A stretch of DNA of 64,000 bases, taken from positions 96,596,001 through 96,660,000 of the forward strand of contig OZ320318.1 of NCBI GenBank assembly GCA_976226885.1, given 5' to 3'. How positions within the stretch are numbered: the stretch's first letter is position 1; each line of letters begins with the position of its first letter. The DNA comes from Iphione sp. A-MEVVRFRX5 (Eukaryota). The notes under the pieces are model-generated. The model searched no databases. It was not told the DNA's origin and worked only from the letters and a program-made list of their open reading frames with translations. Made by a program: the position numbers and the translations under genes. Below are positions 1-13,090 of the stretch, piece by piece.

Positions 1-22
1 TTGTCAAACTGTTTCTTTTCAG

Positions 23-136
23 GTTTTGAATCCCTCAATCACTACGCGGGAAATGATGGTTTTACATCTCGCGGCTGCATGGGAGAGCCTAGTTCGGCAC
101 CATTCGGCAACGTTCGACATCGGTCGCGTGGCGAAT
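23..136 (+). CDS. Candidate internal exon (114 nt, symmetric), product unknown
   Basis: Strong acceptor ctgtttcttttcAG|G at 21-22 and donor AAT|GTAAAT at 137. Two frames are open (GFESLNHYAGNDGFTSRGCMGEP... or VLNPSITTREMMVLHLAAAWESLV...). No recognisable homology. Confidence 0.25.
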
Positions 137-486
137 GTAAATATTATTTGATGCAGTGAATCATCTCACTTACAAGCAGAACACATAACGTTACACGGCA
201 GGGGGTGGGGGGGAGGGGGGAGGGGGGGAAGGGGGAGGGGGAGGGGGGAGGGGGGGAGGACACGATCGATGCCAGTCCTAGGCGGCCATGCCACCGCCCA
301 CCTACCCCGCAGCGCCGCCACCGGCCAGCACAAAAACACATTCTGTCAATAATTTAGGTAAATATGACTTCGAAAGCAATCGTCCCATCGGTGCGAAATC
401 CATCGGAGAAAATGCATCAAGGAGAGTGAAATGGATTATCGATCTGGTCATCAGAAACGCAGAGCATTGGCAAGAGGAGCAACTGA

Positions 487-929
487 AGGAGGAAATAGGG
501 AGAACATTTGACAACTTACGTACAGCCTTGGCAAGGGGAGCCATTGAAGAGAGGAAATAGGGAGAATATTCCATGACTTACAGCCTTGGCAAGGGGAGCC
601 ATTAGAGTGAGGACATAGGAAGAACATTCCAGAACTTACAGCCTTGGCAAGCGGAGCCATTGAAGAGAGGAAAGAGGAGGAACATTCCATGACTTACGGC
701 CTTGGTAAGGAGAGGCATTGAAGTGAGGAAACAGGAAGAACATTCCATGACTTTTGACCTCAGCAAAGGGACACATTGAAGTGAAGAAACAGGAAGAATA
801 TTCCACAAATTACAGCCTTGGCTAGGGAAGCCATTAGAATGAGGAAATAGGAAGAACATTCCATGACTTACGGCCTTGGTTAAGGAAGGCATTGAAGAGA
901 AGAAAGAGGAAGAACATTCCATGACTTAT
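487..929. repeat. Minisatellite, 58-bp unit, ~7.5 copies
   Basis: aggaaatagg-type anchor recurs at 552, 610, 668, 726, 784, 842 and 900. Confidence 0.95.
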
Positions 930-1430
930 GAGATATTGATGGAGAGTAACCAAGAGAAACATGAAGACCTGGTGCGTCAATGATAGATATACATGTTCGT
1001 TGCAAAGACAGGCACAAACAGGTCAATCGTTAACACAGGGAGCCAGAGAAAGGAGGAAGCCCTGAATATTGCCAAGTGAAGCCTAACCAAAGCCAGCATA
1101 ACAGAAACTTCACGATAAATTACATCCCATTCATATCTCGTGTGCTTAGAGCTGTACTTATTGAAGGATATCAACTCAAATGATGCTTATAATTGGTGAA
1201 GGGTGGACAGGAAGATCGGGGCATTACCTACATCGAGCCTGACCGACACGAAGGTAAAGAAATAGAAGAAAGCCCGAGGGTAAAGGACACGGAAACAGCC
1301 TTTCATACAGAGAGTTAACTAATGGGTTACTCTCCAAGTCTGTTACGCGGCTCGTCTTCAAAGGACCTGTTCCTTCCTGCCGGGCTGCCTTTTGGAAGCC
1401 CGCTGTTAAAGTTGTAACACGCCCTATGCT

Positions 1431-1540
1431 ACTTCCGGTCTCCCGAGCCGACGGGAAGTGTAACCGGCATAGTAGAGATAGTGTTGGTTAGTTGCCGAGC
1501 TCGCCGCGTGGGGGCGCTGTGGTGGCGCCGCGGTGAGAGG
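1431..1540 (+). promoter_or_regulatory. CpG-rich promoter-like patch with ETS-type sites and a possible first-exon donor
   Basis: ACTTCCGGT at 1431-1439, CGGGAAGTG at 1452-1460, CG|GTGAGA at 1533. Motif inference only. Confidence 0.3.
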
Positions 1541-1594
1541 AATAAACCCTGTGTCAGCATATCGATGGTGTCATGTGAATGGTGCGAATAAACC

Positions 1595-1730
1595 GCCTGG
1601 TGGTAGTGGTGGTGGTATGAGTTGGGGTTGTGATAGTGGTGGTGATTTAGCTGGTTGTGGTGGTGGTGTTTTCGTTATCGTTGTATTATTAGTAATGCAG
1701 GATGGTGGTGGTGCTGCTGCTGGTATTAGG
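1595..1730. repeat. Degenerate (GGT)n simple repeat
   Basis: Runs of ggt/ggtggt interrupted by short variants. Confidence 0.85.
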
Positions 1731-2076
1731 CTGGGTGTCCATGTACGTGTGTTGGCATGTTCGTACGTATGAGAATGTGTAAGGGCATAATTCTCTTAAT
1801 CAGATAACCACTGTAAACACATTTTGTGTTGTGTATTTTTCACGTTTACATGCCTGTTATAATGATTATGACCAAAATACATGCATCAAACATGCCTTTC
1901 ATGGCAGAATGGGACATGTTCCATTTTTGAAACATGGCCATGCACTGCCATGCACAGCTACACGTGGACACACATACATCGAATCAGTTCTTCTGCTATC
2001 ATATCTACACATTTTTCACACACTGAAACATGCATGGACAGCCACAGATACACACATGCATGGAAACCCTGCCTTA

Positions 2077-2825
2077 GGTGGTGGTGGTGGTGGTGGTGGT
2101 GGCAATTGTGGTGGTGGGGTCATAGGTGATGGTGGTGGTGGTGTATGTGGTTGTGGCTGNNNNNNNNNNNNNNNNNNNNNNNNNNNNNNNNNNNNNNNNN
2201 NNNNNNNNNNNNNNNNNNNNNNNNNNNNNNNNNNNNNNNNNNNNNNNNNNNNNNNNNNNNNNNNNNNNNNNNNNNNNNNNNNNNNNNNNNNNNNNNNNNN
2301 NNNNNNNNNNNNNNNNNNNNNNNNNNNNNNNNNNNNNNNNNNNNNNNNNNNNNNNNNNNNNNNNNNNNNNNNNNNNNNNNNNNNNNNNNNNNNNNNNNNN
2401 NNNNNNNNNNNNNNNNNNNNNNNNNNNNNNNNNNNNNNNNNNNNNNNNNNNNNNNNNNNNNNNNNNNNNNNNNNNNNNNNNNNNNNNNNNNNNNNNNNNN
2501 NNNNNNNNNNNNNNNNNNNNNNNNNNNNNNNNNNNNNNNNNNNNNNNNNNNNNNNNNNNNNNNNNNNNNNNNNNNNNNNNNNNNNNNNNNNNNNNNNNNN
2601 NNNNNNNNNNGGTGGTGGTGGTGATAATGGATGATTGTGGTGGTGGTGGGTTTTTGTTGGTGATGGTGGGTGGTAGTGGTGGTGGTGGGGTGATAGGTGA
2701 TGGTGGTGGTGTATGTGGTTGTGGCTGCACTGATAATGGATGGTGGTGGTGGTGGTAGGTGGTGGTTGTGGTGCTGGTAAAGGGTAGTGGTAATGGATGG
2801 TGGGTAGTGCTGGTGGTGGTTGTGT
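2077..2825. repeat. (GGT)n-rich simple repeat spanning assembly gap 2160-2610
   Basis: GGT runs on both sides of the N run; the pre-gap motif ataggtgatggtggtggt..gtatgtggttgtggctg recurs after the gap at about 2690-2727. Confidence 0.9.
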
Positions 2826-3211
2826 GGATGGCATGTTTCCCGACGCTGTAGGACAGACACCAGTTGTTCTGACACCAAGCGGGAGAAGACATGGCCAGAG
2901 AACAGGTGTGTGCTCTGGTGTGTGGTTGCTGCTCCACTGCCACTCACAGAACTAAAGCAGGGACTATAATACAAGGGGAATATGTCTCAAAGAACTCACA
3001 CTCGCAATAAAATAGATCAAATTATCATAATCAACAAGAATGGACAATCGTTAGAATTTCAGCTATCCACAATGGAATTATGAGATTTTAGAATTCATAG
3101 ACCCTCATTAATTGTGTTTTTCTGCACCGAAGACATGTTTTGTGATCTATCACCTTTTTTATTTGAGTAGAGTCTCATCAAATTCTAGTGAATTAATAGT
3201 TTTGACCCTTA

Positions 3212-3547
3212 GGCCTAAAAAAATACCTGTGTTTCCGGTAACATGCTAAAAGTATACAGGGTTGGTCGATAGGTATTTTTTTCATTTTTCAATTTTTTGT
3301 CAATGTCAAAATGTTCTGGCAGCAACAAACGTATATGGTAATGCCACTTATACTACTGAGATCTTAATGGAACCCATATCAAATGAAAGCTAGTAGTAAC
3401 AAGGAATACAATGATGTATTACACGTGTCTCTGCCTTAATGTACTCAGGAGATATTCACAAAACACGAAAAAAAATAAAAATTGTCATTTGGACCAAAAA
3501 TAGGGTCGGTCTGGTTACTGGAAACACAGCCATTTTTTGTTTAGGCC
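3212..3547. mobile_element. PIF/Harbinger-like MITE (336 bp)
   Basis: Imperfect TIRs GGCCTAAAAAAATACCTGTGTTTCCGGTAAC ... GTTACTGGAAACACAGCCATTTTTTGTTTAGGCC, flanked by TTA / TTG. GGCC ends with a TWA target are typical of PIF/Harbinger. No ORF. Confidence 0.7.
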
Positions 3548-3949
3548 TTGACACCCTGACACCGTACGCCATCCGGGCCAGTGTTACGTGCTACGGATTA
3601 AGTTGCAAGTGTAGGCGTACGTAGAAGTGACTCTACCTGTATTTAATCATCCCCTTCTGAAAATCGAATTTCACCGTGATTTTGTATTCATATTTGCGAT
3701 AGTCGACATGTCATAGGATCTTGGCAGCTGAGATAATGTGATTACTTCTAAGAATGCGGTAGTTGATGGCCGCCGCCGACCTCCTTTCATTGGTCGAGAG
3801 CTACATACTGCACGCCTGCAAATGGTAGGCGCCTTCCTGCTGGAGTCACTGCTGCTTGTAATGGCACACGGTATGGTACAAAAACTGGTTTTAAAAAAAA
3901 ATTCCATCTACATGTACATCCAATACACCCCTACTGATTGGGTACATTT

Positions 3950-4262
3950 ATTCTCTCCTGTCCTCGTACATGTAGATAGAGACATGAGCTGACCTATCAT
4001 CTATTGTTTCCCATCCTAGTACACGCAGATAGAGAGACGAGTTGACCTGTAACCTATTCTCTCCCGTCCTTGTACACGCAGATAGAGAGATGAGCTGACC
4101 TGTTATCTACTGTTTCCCATCCTCGTACACGCAGATAGAGAGATGAGCTGACCTGTCATCTATTGTTTCCCATCCTAGTACATGCAGATAGAGACATGAG
4201 CTGACCCGTGACCTATTGTCTCCCATCCCTGTACACGCAGATAGAGAGAAGAGCTGACCTGT
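3950..4262. repeat. Minisatellite, 53-bp unit, ~6 copies
   Basis: gagctgacct anchor at 3987, 4039, 4092, 4145, 4198 and 4251. Confidence 0.95.
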
Positions 4263-5292
4263 CTTAGATACAGACACAGTATTCATGATGGTTGAACAAA
4301 CATCCTCTATGCAATGCACCATGTCCGTAGAATGCCAATAATTATCATGCTGATAGGTAAATTTAAATCGCTTTCCCAGAAACAAGATCGTGTCTACATA
4401 TGCATGTATGATGCATGTTTTGTCCCCTTGATGAATGCCTCCTCCTCGACCCTGTGCTACATGCGGGTCCTTGCTTTATTTGTTGACCGATGCGGATTAT
4501 TACAGCGGCCGTGTGGAGCATGCGGGCGCCTGGTACAAACCCCCGATTACATACTACTTACATCACCATCCAGCCAGTTCTCTACTCGTACACTCCCATC
4601 TCTCGTATTATCAGGAAAACAGTCATTAAACAGCCAAACGTTTATAAAGTATACGGATGTAGTTTTACGTACAGAGAAACGCACGCGCATACGTTAAAGG
4701 AGCGGAGTCACGCGTAGACGCGCGCGGATACGGACGACGATCATCACTGCCCCCCCCCCCCCAGCACCTACACCCGACAGATGGCGGCACATTCTCCGTG
4801 ATGTGGTCCTGGTAGCGTAAAGACGAGCACCAGGAATTCATGAATCACATCATAAAGAACGAACCTCTGTATATATAAATATGTATATATATATTTCTCT
4901 GCGAAGGTCAAGTCTTTCATCGAAGTCATGAACAGAACAAAGAAATGTCATCCTTTTCGGAATAGGGGTTCATTCTCCAGCAGAGTTCGCTGTCGACAGG
5001 TACAGCTTCCAATGATGACGTCCTGTGTTGGGAAATCAAAGTACGGCGCTCAGTAACTCGTACTAACTATACTACACTCTCTTTTCCATGTTCCTACATC
5101 GGTTTATAATCTAACGGAATTTAAACTTGTCCTAACCGGTCTATGAAGTGTATGAACAAATCAAAACCCAATACCAGTGCTTTGTTGAATTATGATGGCT
5201 TTTATTCCAGTTGGGTTAAAATTCTCAACGTTTCAGACATTGTTTGTACTTTTTCAGGAGAAATATGTCCTAACCGGATGTGTTTGTACCAA

Positions 5293-5658
5293 GATTATTA
5301 TGTGTATGTAAGATTATCATCTGATTCTGAGTGATCATACATGCGTCACAGCACAAGCGTACCACTGTGGGATGGTTTGTAAAGAGATTATTATGTGTAT
5401 GTAAGATTATCATCTGATTCTGAGTGATCATACATACATCTTGGCACCAGCGTACCACAGTGGGATGGCTTTGTAAAGAGATTATTATGTGTATGTAAGA
5501 TTATCATCTGATTCTGAGTGATCATACATGCGTCACGCCACCAGCGTACCACAGTGGGATGGTGCGTAAAGAGATTATTATGTGTATGTAAGATTATCAT
5601 CTGATTCTGAGATATCATACATGTGTCACAGCACCAGCGTACCACAGCAGGATGGTTT
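5293..5658. repeat. Tandem repeat, ~93-bp unit, ~4 copies
   Basis: gattattatgtgtatgtaagattatcatctgattctgag at 5293, 5386, 5480 and 5573. Confidence 0.95.
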
Positions 5659-6504
5659 TACCTAATGACAAATGTATAAAGATCTTATGGTGATGAGCTA
5701 GTGGAACAGGGTACCAGTCTGTATCGTTGAGAGGACGCTGCTTATACACGCCCTCAGTTTCCTCTGTCCTCCACACACACAAGACCAGCACTCACAGTTT
5801 TAATGCTGACTCGGCACAATCTCAAGGAACGTAAAGGAGCGGGGAATCTCTGCACCACGACGCTACTGTGAAGCGTAGTTAAAACAGGCTAGGGGCATCT
5901 CATGAGGCAGGAAGCCGCTCAGTGCACCGCCATCTTGTGACAGTAGCTGACTACGTGGACATTTGTATTTAGATCGACGTACTTTACAGCTGCATTAAAT
6001 CATTGACTGCGTTTTGCCAGTCATTTCCTGGACTGCTATTGCTGTGACTTTAGTGACGAACAGTCACGGTGAAATGACACTGCCCCTCCAGTCGTTCTGC
6101 ATCTATCCTCCTCCCTCTCACCTCAGCTGCCTGTTGATCTCATTGTCTATTATTTCCACCCTCCTTCCCTCTACTGCTGTCCTATTACATCGCCTTTTAA
6201 TCGTCGTCTTACGCAGCAGTCTGTCGCTGAATGCCAGTCACTTCCGGTCTCATGAAGACGGCGGGTCGACCAGGAATCGTTATAAATATGCTGACGCTTC
6301 CAATACTGGCGCCGCTAACGCCCCTCCCCCCACACCCCCACCTGCCGTAGGATGTTTACTTACACAACACTCTAGTGGGATATATACCACCACAGCGGTA
6401 CCTTTACCGGCGTTGGTATCTGAATTATTTCCCATCAATCCTAGCAGTGAGTTCCCGATGCCTTCACTCTGAACGCGAGTAAGTCTCAAGTAAGTCACCA
6501 TTTT

Positions 6505-6785
6505 GTCTCTCTATGTGTGGTACCTATAGTCTCCATATTGTCTCTCCATGTGTGGTAACCATAGGTCTCCATATTATCTCTCTTTGTATAGTTATGGTAG
6601 GTCTCCATATTGTCTATGTGTGGTAACTTTAGGTCTCCATATTGTCTATGTGTGGTAATGGTAGGTCTCCGTATTATCTCTCTATATGTGGTAACTGTGG
6701 GTCTCCATATTGTCTCTCTATGTGCGGTAACCATAGGTCTCTGTATTGTCTCACTATGTGTGGTAACTGTGGGTCTTCATACCAC
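6505..6785. repeat. Minisatellite, ~32-36-bp unit
   Basis: Repeated tatgtgtggtaac...ggtctccatattgtct. Confidence 0.9.
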
Positions 6786-6949
6786 CTTTCTGCATGTAAT
6801 GCCATGATTTCACTGACAGATTTCTGCACCTTTGCTGACTACTGAGGACCTCCAAGGCATATAGAGGATAATTATCTCCATGGCGTCTTTATACACATGT
6901 GCTCTTTGCTTGGCATAGAATATGTTTGCAAGGCTTATTCTATATAGGA

Positions 6950-7900
6950 AGCTGGCAGATTGCTTGCTAACCCGTGATAGCAGCAGTCAGCTGGACCGCA
7001 TGGTGGTGGGTATAATGCATGATGTCCTGAGTAACCTTGCACACATCAGGGGAATGCCGGCAGATTGCTTGCTAACCTGTGACTGCAGCAGTCAGCTGGA
7101 CCGCATGGTGGTGGGTATAATGCATGACATCCTGAGTAACCTTGCACACATCAGGGGAATGCCGGCAGATTGCTTGCTAACCTGTGACTGCAGCAGTCAG
7201 CTGGACCACATGGTAGTGGAGGGTTATAATGCATGATGTCCTGAGTAACCTTGCACACATCAGGGGAATGCCGGCAGATTGCTTGCTAACCTGTGACTGC
7301 AGCAGTCAGCTGGACCGCATGGTGGTGGGTATAATGCATGATGTCCTGAGTAACCTTGCACACATCAGGGGAATGCCGGCAGATTGCTTGCTAACCCGTG
7401 ACTGCAGCAGTCAGCTGGACCACATGGTGGTGGGTATAATGCATGATGTCCTGAGTAACCTTGCACACATCAGGGGAATGCCAGCAGATTGCTTGTTAAC
7501 CCGTGACTGCAGCAGTCAGCTGGACCGCATGGTGGTGGGTATAATGCATGATGTCCTGAGTAACCTTGCACACATCAGGGGAATGCCAGCAGATTGCTTG
7601 CTAACCCGTGACTGCAGCAGTCAGCTGGACCGCATGGTGGTGGGTATAATGCATGATGTCCTGAGCAACCTTGCACACATCAGGGGAATGCCGGCAGATT
7701 GCTTGCTAACCTGTGACTGCAGCAGTCAGCTGGACCGCATGGTGGTGGGTATAATGCATGATGTCCTGAGTAACCTTGCACACATCAGGGGAATGCCGGC
7801 AGATTGCTTGCTAACCTGTGACTGCAGCAGTCAGCTGGACCGCATGGTGGTGGGTATAATGCATGACATCCTGAGTAACCTTGCACACATCAGGGGAATG
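6950..7900. repeat. Tandem repeat, 105-bp unit, ~9 copies
   Basis: atgcatgatgtcctgagtaacc recurs every 105 bp (e.g. 7229, 7334); one copy carries a small insertion near 7220. Confidence 0.97.
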
Positions 7901-7941
7901 CTCATTGACATGACATGTTTGGCCGAGAGTAAAGTCAAATA
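7816..7941 (-). CDS. Candidate phase 1-1 exon whose 3' part and donor form the 105-bp array
   Basis: Acceptor atcaatttcAG at 7943-7942; open reading (V)FDFTLGQTCHVNEHSPDVCKVTQDVMHYTHHHAVQLTAAVT; donor ACAG|GTTAGC at 7815. No homology recognised. Confidence 0.25.
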
Positions 7942-9504
7942 CTGAAATTGATGGCATAAACATCTGCCATTGGCATTTCACTGCTCCCTCTACCACTTAG
8001 GGTCAAATAAGACAGGTTGTGGACCTTGATAGGTGCAGTAAATATTATTACTAAAATAGTGTACAGACATTAACCCAGTGGTCATCTGAAAGAGACATCT
8101 GCTTTCATGCTAATTGGGCGGGTGGGATGAGGGAAATAAGTCACCTCACGGATAAACAGAATCTGTCCTCCAGGTTACTTAGCTTTATGCGAAAACGTAC
8201 ACTTGCCTGACCCAAACCATGACTACTTCCTTAATAAAACGGCAAAGTATCTGAGATGCTGTATATGCTACCATTGCGCTTGTTTTATGGTAGAGGGATT
8301 CCAGGTGTCATAAAATTACCTGCATTGGAAGCCTGCCCTGGAAAACCATGTCACATTTACACAGTAAGGTCTTCCTCTGAGTTTCCTACAGTAAAACATG
8401 GAACTAATTTCACACGCAGAGACAAACCAACACCTCCCACTCCGTGTAACTCTCCTTCCTAGCTCTGCCCCTCCCATACTGCAGAATGAACAAGCACATG
8501 ATCAGACTAAGGATCAATGTGAATATACATGTATATATTTCTATACATGTGTGGATATGTTAGGTGTGTAATATAAAAACGGTTCAAGTTGCAAACACCT
8601 TTTACAGTTGCTTCCTGAACATACGAGGGTGACTGAGTGACCGTCTCTCTAAACCCTCTCGTGTAGGTCGGTAGAGAATAAAAGGACACCTGTGCTCCTT
8701 GGGATTGAAAATGATCCTCTATGTTGGTTTTTAAGACCTTATCCCTAAAATCTAGTTGAGTAGGTATACCACTGGGAGGGCACTCAGGTCGATACAAATA
8801 CTGGCCGCTCTGTCGTGGGTTTACTGTCTTCTTATCCTAGGTTTGTTTTGTTCTGTTGAGGGTTTACCTTGTTTTGTAGTGGGTTTACTTTTGTTCTGAC
8901 CTGGGTTAACTGTCCTCTGCGCTAGGTCTATTTTGCTCTGTCCAGGGTTTACCTTGTTCTCTCCTGGGTTCAATTTGCTCTGTTACGGGTTCTGTGCATT
9001 AGAATCACCTACCCTGAGTTCACTATGGTCAATAGCTCTCAAAGGCCTTAGTGATGAGCGAGAGGCTGAGATGATGAGTCTTCAGCACATAAACAAACTC
9101 GAGAATGGACTGTCTATCCCAAGGAATAACTCCTGTAACTCCTCTAATAGAGGGCGATGAAGAGACACAAGGTGAGAGTGATATACAGTAGCAGACAGAG
9201 AGAGGGAGAAACATGCCCTGCATCGCAGGTGACCGCTCTTCACCTGAATATCAGGGTCACCAATGTAGGTCAAGCTCTTTATAATAATTTGCGTGATAAC
9301 TCGATCTGCGTGGAGCGACGCCAAGCCGGCTAGTCTCCGCAGTGATACCGCCAACCCCCGCCCCCTCCCCTGACCCCCCCCCCCGCCCGCCCGGGTAAAG
9401 CAGCTCACAAGGCAATGCGCTCAGTCAGGCGATGTGCCGCAAGACGGGTCAGCGCCGGCTTTGTACGTCTTGCCGGCCTTCGAGGCCACTGAAGGGGTGG
9501 ATAA

Positions 9505-10090
9505 CGGGCTGAGCGGGCCATCACGTCCTCAATACGGAGAGCATCTCAATCCCTGGTCCTGTCTCAGGGTTCTCTACTCCCTTCCCCCCACTGAGTGGGC
9601 CATCACTTCCTCAATACGGAGAGCACCTCAACCCCTGGTCGCGTCTCAGGGTTCTCTACTCCCTTCCCCCCACTGAGTGGGCCATCACTTCCTCAATACG
9701 GAGAGCACCTCAACCCCTGGTCGCGTCTCAGGGTTCTCTACTCCCTTCCCCCCAATGAGTGGGCCATCATGTCCTCAATACGGAGAGTAGCTCAGCCCCT
9801 GGTCCTGTCTCAGGGTTCTCTACTGCCCCCCACCCCCCCCCACCCCCGGGCTGAGCGGGCCATCACATACTCAATACGGAGAGCACCTCAACCCCTGGTC
9901 CTGTCTCAGGGTTCTCTACTGCCCCCCCCAGGCTGAGCGGGCCATCACGTCCTCAATACATAGAGCAGCTCAACCCCTGGTCCTGTCTCAGGGTTCTCTA
10001 CTGCCCCCCCCCCTCGGGCTGAGTGGGCCATCACATCCTCAATACGGAGAGCACCTCAACCCCTGGTTACGTCTCAGGGTTCTCTACTGT
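9505..10090. repeat. Tandem repeat, ~82-bp unit, ~7 copies
   Basis: gggccatcac...tcaatacggagagca...cagggttctctact at 9515, 9597, 9679, 9761, 9857, 9939 and 10025. Confidence 0.95.
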
Positions 10091-10666
10091 TTTTATCATT
10101 CTTCTTTACTGGGCTCCAGTATAGAATCCCACACCCTAACGGAGCACGACATACTAAATACGACGACCAAATACTAAGCATTCTTCATGTTCATGCGTCG
10201 GAACAGGAGGAACCGTAAAAGGGATCTTACGCAAAATAATTAGACGAAAACTCGCTGAAAAGCAGGTTTTCTGCGAGAACACGTCGCTTTGCTGAACGCA
10301 GGAGGGCGTGGAGTGCAGCTGCTAGTTGCCGCTAGGTGGCGCTAGGTGCAGGCCCTGCGTCCTGTTCGCTGGAGACGCCATTATTTGCCGTGGCGTGCAC
10401 CCGACTCCGCGTACCACTTGAAAGGGATACACCGAATGTCAAGAGAGGAGATGGATAGATGCTGTTCACGCTCGAGGGGGGATGGGAGGGGGAGGAGGAG
10501 GAGGACGGAGAGCGGGGGCCTACATGAAGCCAAGAGAGACACACACGGGGGTGGGGGTGGGGGGACAATAAGGACATAAAACAGACGAACGCGAGGAACG
10601 AGCAGGTCTACAGATATAATGACATGAATATATAGCATGAAGACAACAGCATGGCATGAAGACAAC

Positions 10667-10675
10667 ATCATCATT

Positions 10676-10732
<57 letters not shown>

Positions 10733-10760
10733 GTCGGCGTCGTCGTCGTTATCACCATCA
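10667..10760. repeat. (CAT)n microsatellite grading into (CGT)n
   Basis: Long perfect catcatcat run. Confidence 0.97.
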
Positions 10761-12411
10761 TCTTGACTAGGAAATCACTACGTGTGACATCCTGGTGATT
10801 TAATCAAGCAACTAACAGAATCTAGTGAAGTAACATTATTCTTGCTATTACCAAGACCATCTTTTTACAGCATATTGTAATGCGCATTTAGCACGCCTAG
10901 CCGTCCCTGGCTGCCTCGGAATCCAGCGGGTCGGGGCGCCTGGTGGTGAGGTAGAGAGTACTGTATGCATCCTACGGTAGAGGAGGGGCCTGTTTCTGCG
11001 CCCCTTTCGTCTCTATGTCCGCCTTCTGTATAAAACAGCTGTCCTTTTTGTGGCGTTCCTGGCCACCTCTCTTTTTTTCTAATTTAATTTGATGTTTTGC
11101 GTATTGGTTTCCCTCTGGCAGCAGCGGCAGCAGCAGGATAGACAGTGGGCCGGGGCGGGTGTCAGCCGGAGGGGGGGGGGTGAGGAGGCTGTCAGACGCC
11201 GTCACAGACGCTCCCCGTCAAGCGCGGGAAAAAAAACACGCCACTTTGATCATCGCATTGTCGTCTGCTGTGCCTTAGATACCGGAGTTAATAAAAGAAT
11301 CCATTTCACATCAGACCCAGGGCGCCCCTCCTGAGCGTACACAGGGCCTCGATTAAAAGCAAGAAACAATAGCAGGACTGGCGTATTTCAGGCCAGTGCA
11401 TCGCCCGAAAACCCTCGTCAAAGGAAAACACTTTTCAAATGGCTGCTGAAGATATGTAAGCCACACAGAAAACAATCATATTAATGCGATCATATGATCG
11501 TCTGGATAATAGCATTACAGATCAAAAAATTGTGCAAAGATTTTCAGTTTAGGTAAACTTATAAAGGATATCTTAGTACGGTGTGTACTTGTAGAAAAGG
11601 TCCCCTGCCCCTTGGGTTGGCTTATTTGCAGACACGTGTACGTGATGTTGGATGCATTACATCAAATTTCCATATACAAATTTGCCCAGGTTAAAGGCAA
11701 AATTAATAATCATACACAAACATGTAAAGATAATTGTTCTAGATTTACTTATTTTCGTTGCTCATGTCAAGGTCAAGGCCATTAAAACTTTAACTTTGGC
11801 CTCAAAATTTCATGCAATACTGATTTGACCCCATATTTTTTCCATGGAAACAACTATAGAAAACTATTCTGGTTTATATCAAAGTTTATATGGAAATGGA
11901 AGTTCTAACCGTCATTTTGATCTATTTTGGGAAAGCGTATAATAAATCGTTGATGTCCTTTGTGCAATGTAGAGGTAATTTCAAGCATTTCTTATAATCA
12001 AATTCAAACCACCCTTCTGCTACTTGCTTTACAGTTTTACAGTCAACCTTCCTAGTATTGGGCATATTTTTATATTTTAATATTTTACGAGAGGGATTTT
12101 ATCAATGATGGCACCACAGTATAATGCATGGAAATATTTGAGTTTGTTCACAATGTAACCTTTTATAAGGCTTCAAGCCAGCTTCACAAAAAAGGGTAAT
12201 TGTGCATTTTATTGGAGCCTGCTTGGTACACGCCTCTAGTTGGGAGGCAGATCAAGTAGACGAATAGTTTTGAGAGGTATACAAAATGTTAATGCACATT
12301 GATATCATGAGGCTCTGGTATGGAAGACAGATAGTGGTCCAATAATACTAGGTTATAGAACATGTTTATGATTCATCATAAACGTGGACTTGAGAAGTAC
12401 AGAGGCTTGAC

Positions 12412-13090
12412 CTAAGTCCAGACAGACTATATAACTTCCCCATCCATGGTAGAAAATGTGAAATAAAGTCCAGACGGACTGTAAAACGTACCCATCCCTG
12501 GCAGACAGGGCTGACTAAAGTCCAGACAGACGGTATAACTTCCCCATCCATGGCAGACGGGGCCAACTAAAGTCCAGACTGACTGTATAACTTCCCCATC
12601 CATGGCAGACAGGGCTGACTAAAGTCCAGACTGACTGTATAACTTCCCCATCCATGGCAGACAGGACTGACTAAAGTCCAGACGGATGGTATAACTTCCC
12701 CATCCATGGCAGATAGGGCTGACTTAAGTCCAGACGGACCATATAACTTCCCCATCCATGGCAGACAGGATGGACTACAGTCCAGACGGACTGTATAACT
12801 TCCCCATCCATGGCAGACAGGGCCGATTAAAGCCCAGATGGACTGTATAACTTCTCCATCCATGGCAGACAGGGCCAACTACAGTCCAGACTGACTGTAT
12901 AACTTCCCCATCCATGGCAGACAGGGCCGACGGACTGTATAACTTCCCCATCCATGGCAGACAGGGCCGACTAAAGTCCAGACGGACTGTATAACTTCCC
13001 CATCCATGGCAGACCGGGCCAACTAAAGTCCAGATGGACTGTATAACTTCCCCATCCATGGCAGACAGGGCCGACTAAAGTCAAGACGGA
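12412..13090. repeat. Minisatellite, 52-bp unit, ~13 copies
   Basis: agtccagac..gtataacttccccatccatggcagacaggg at 12415, 12467, 12519, 12571 and onward. Confidence 0.97.

Noticed and set aside
1831-2974. ORFs of 150-290 aa spanning 2160-2610
   Set aside because: Held open by N runs and GGT repeats; duplicated flanks suggest an unresolved or collapsed repeat.
6922-7945. 104-aa and 238-aa plus-strand ORFs of repeated MHDVLSNLAHIRGMPADCLLTCDCSSQLDRMVVGI
   Set aside because: A 105-bp (3n) unit with one stop-free frame produces this automatically; the frame is broken near 7220 and no domain is recognised.
11341-12360. Possible decayed DNA transposon starting CAGGGCCTCG
   Set aside because: No matching right TIR and no transposase-like frame recognised.
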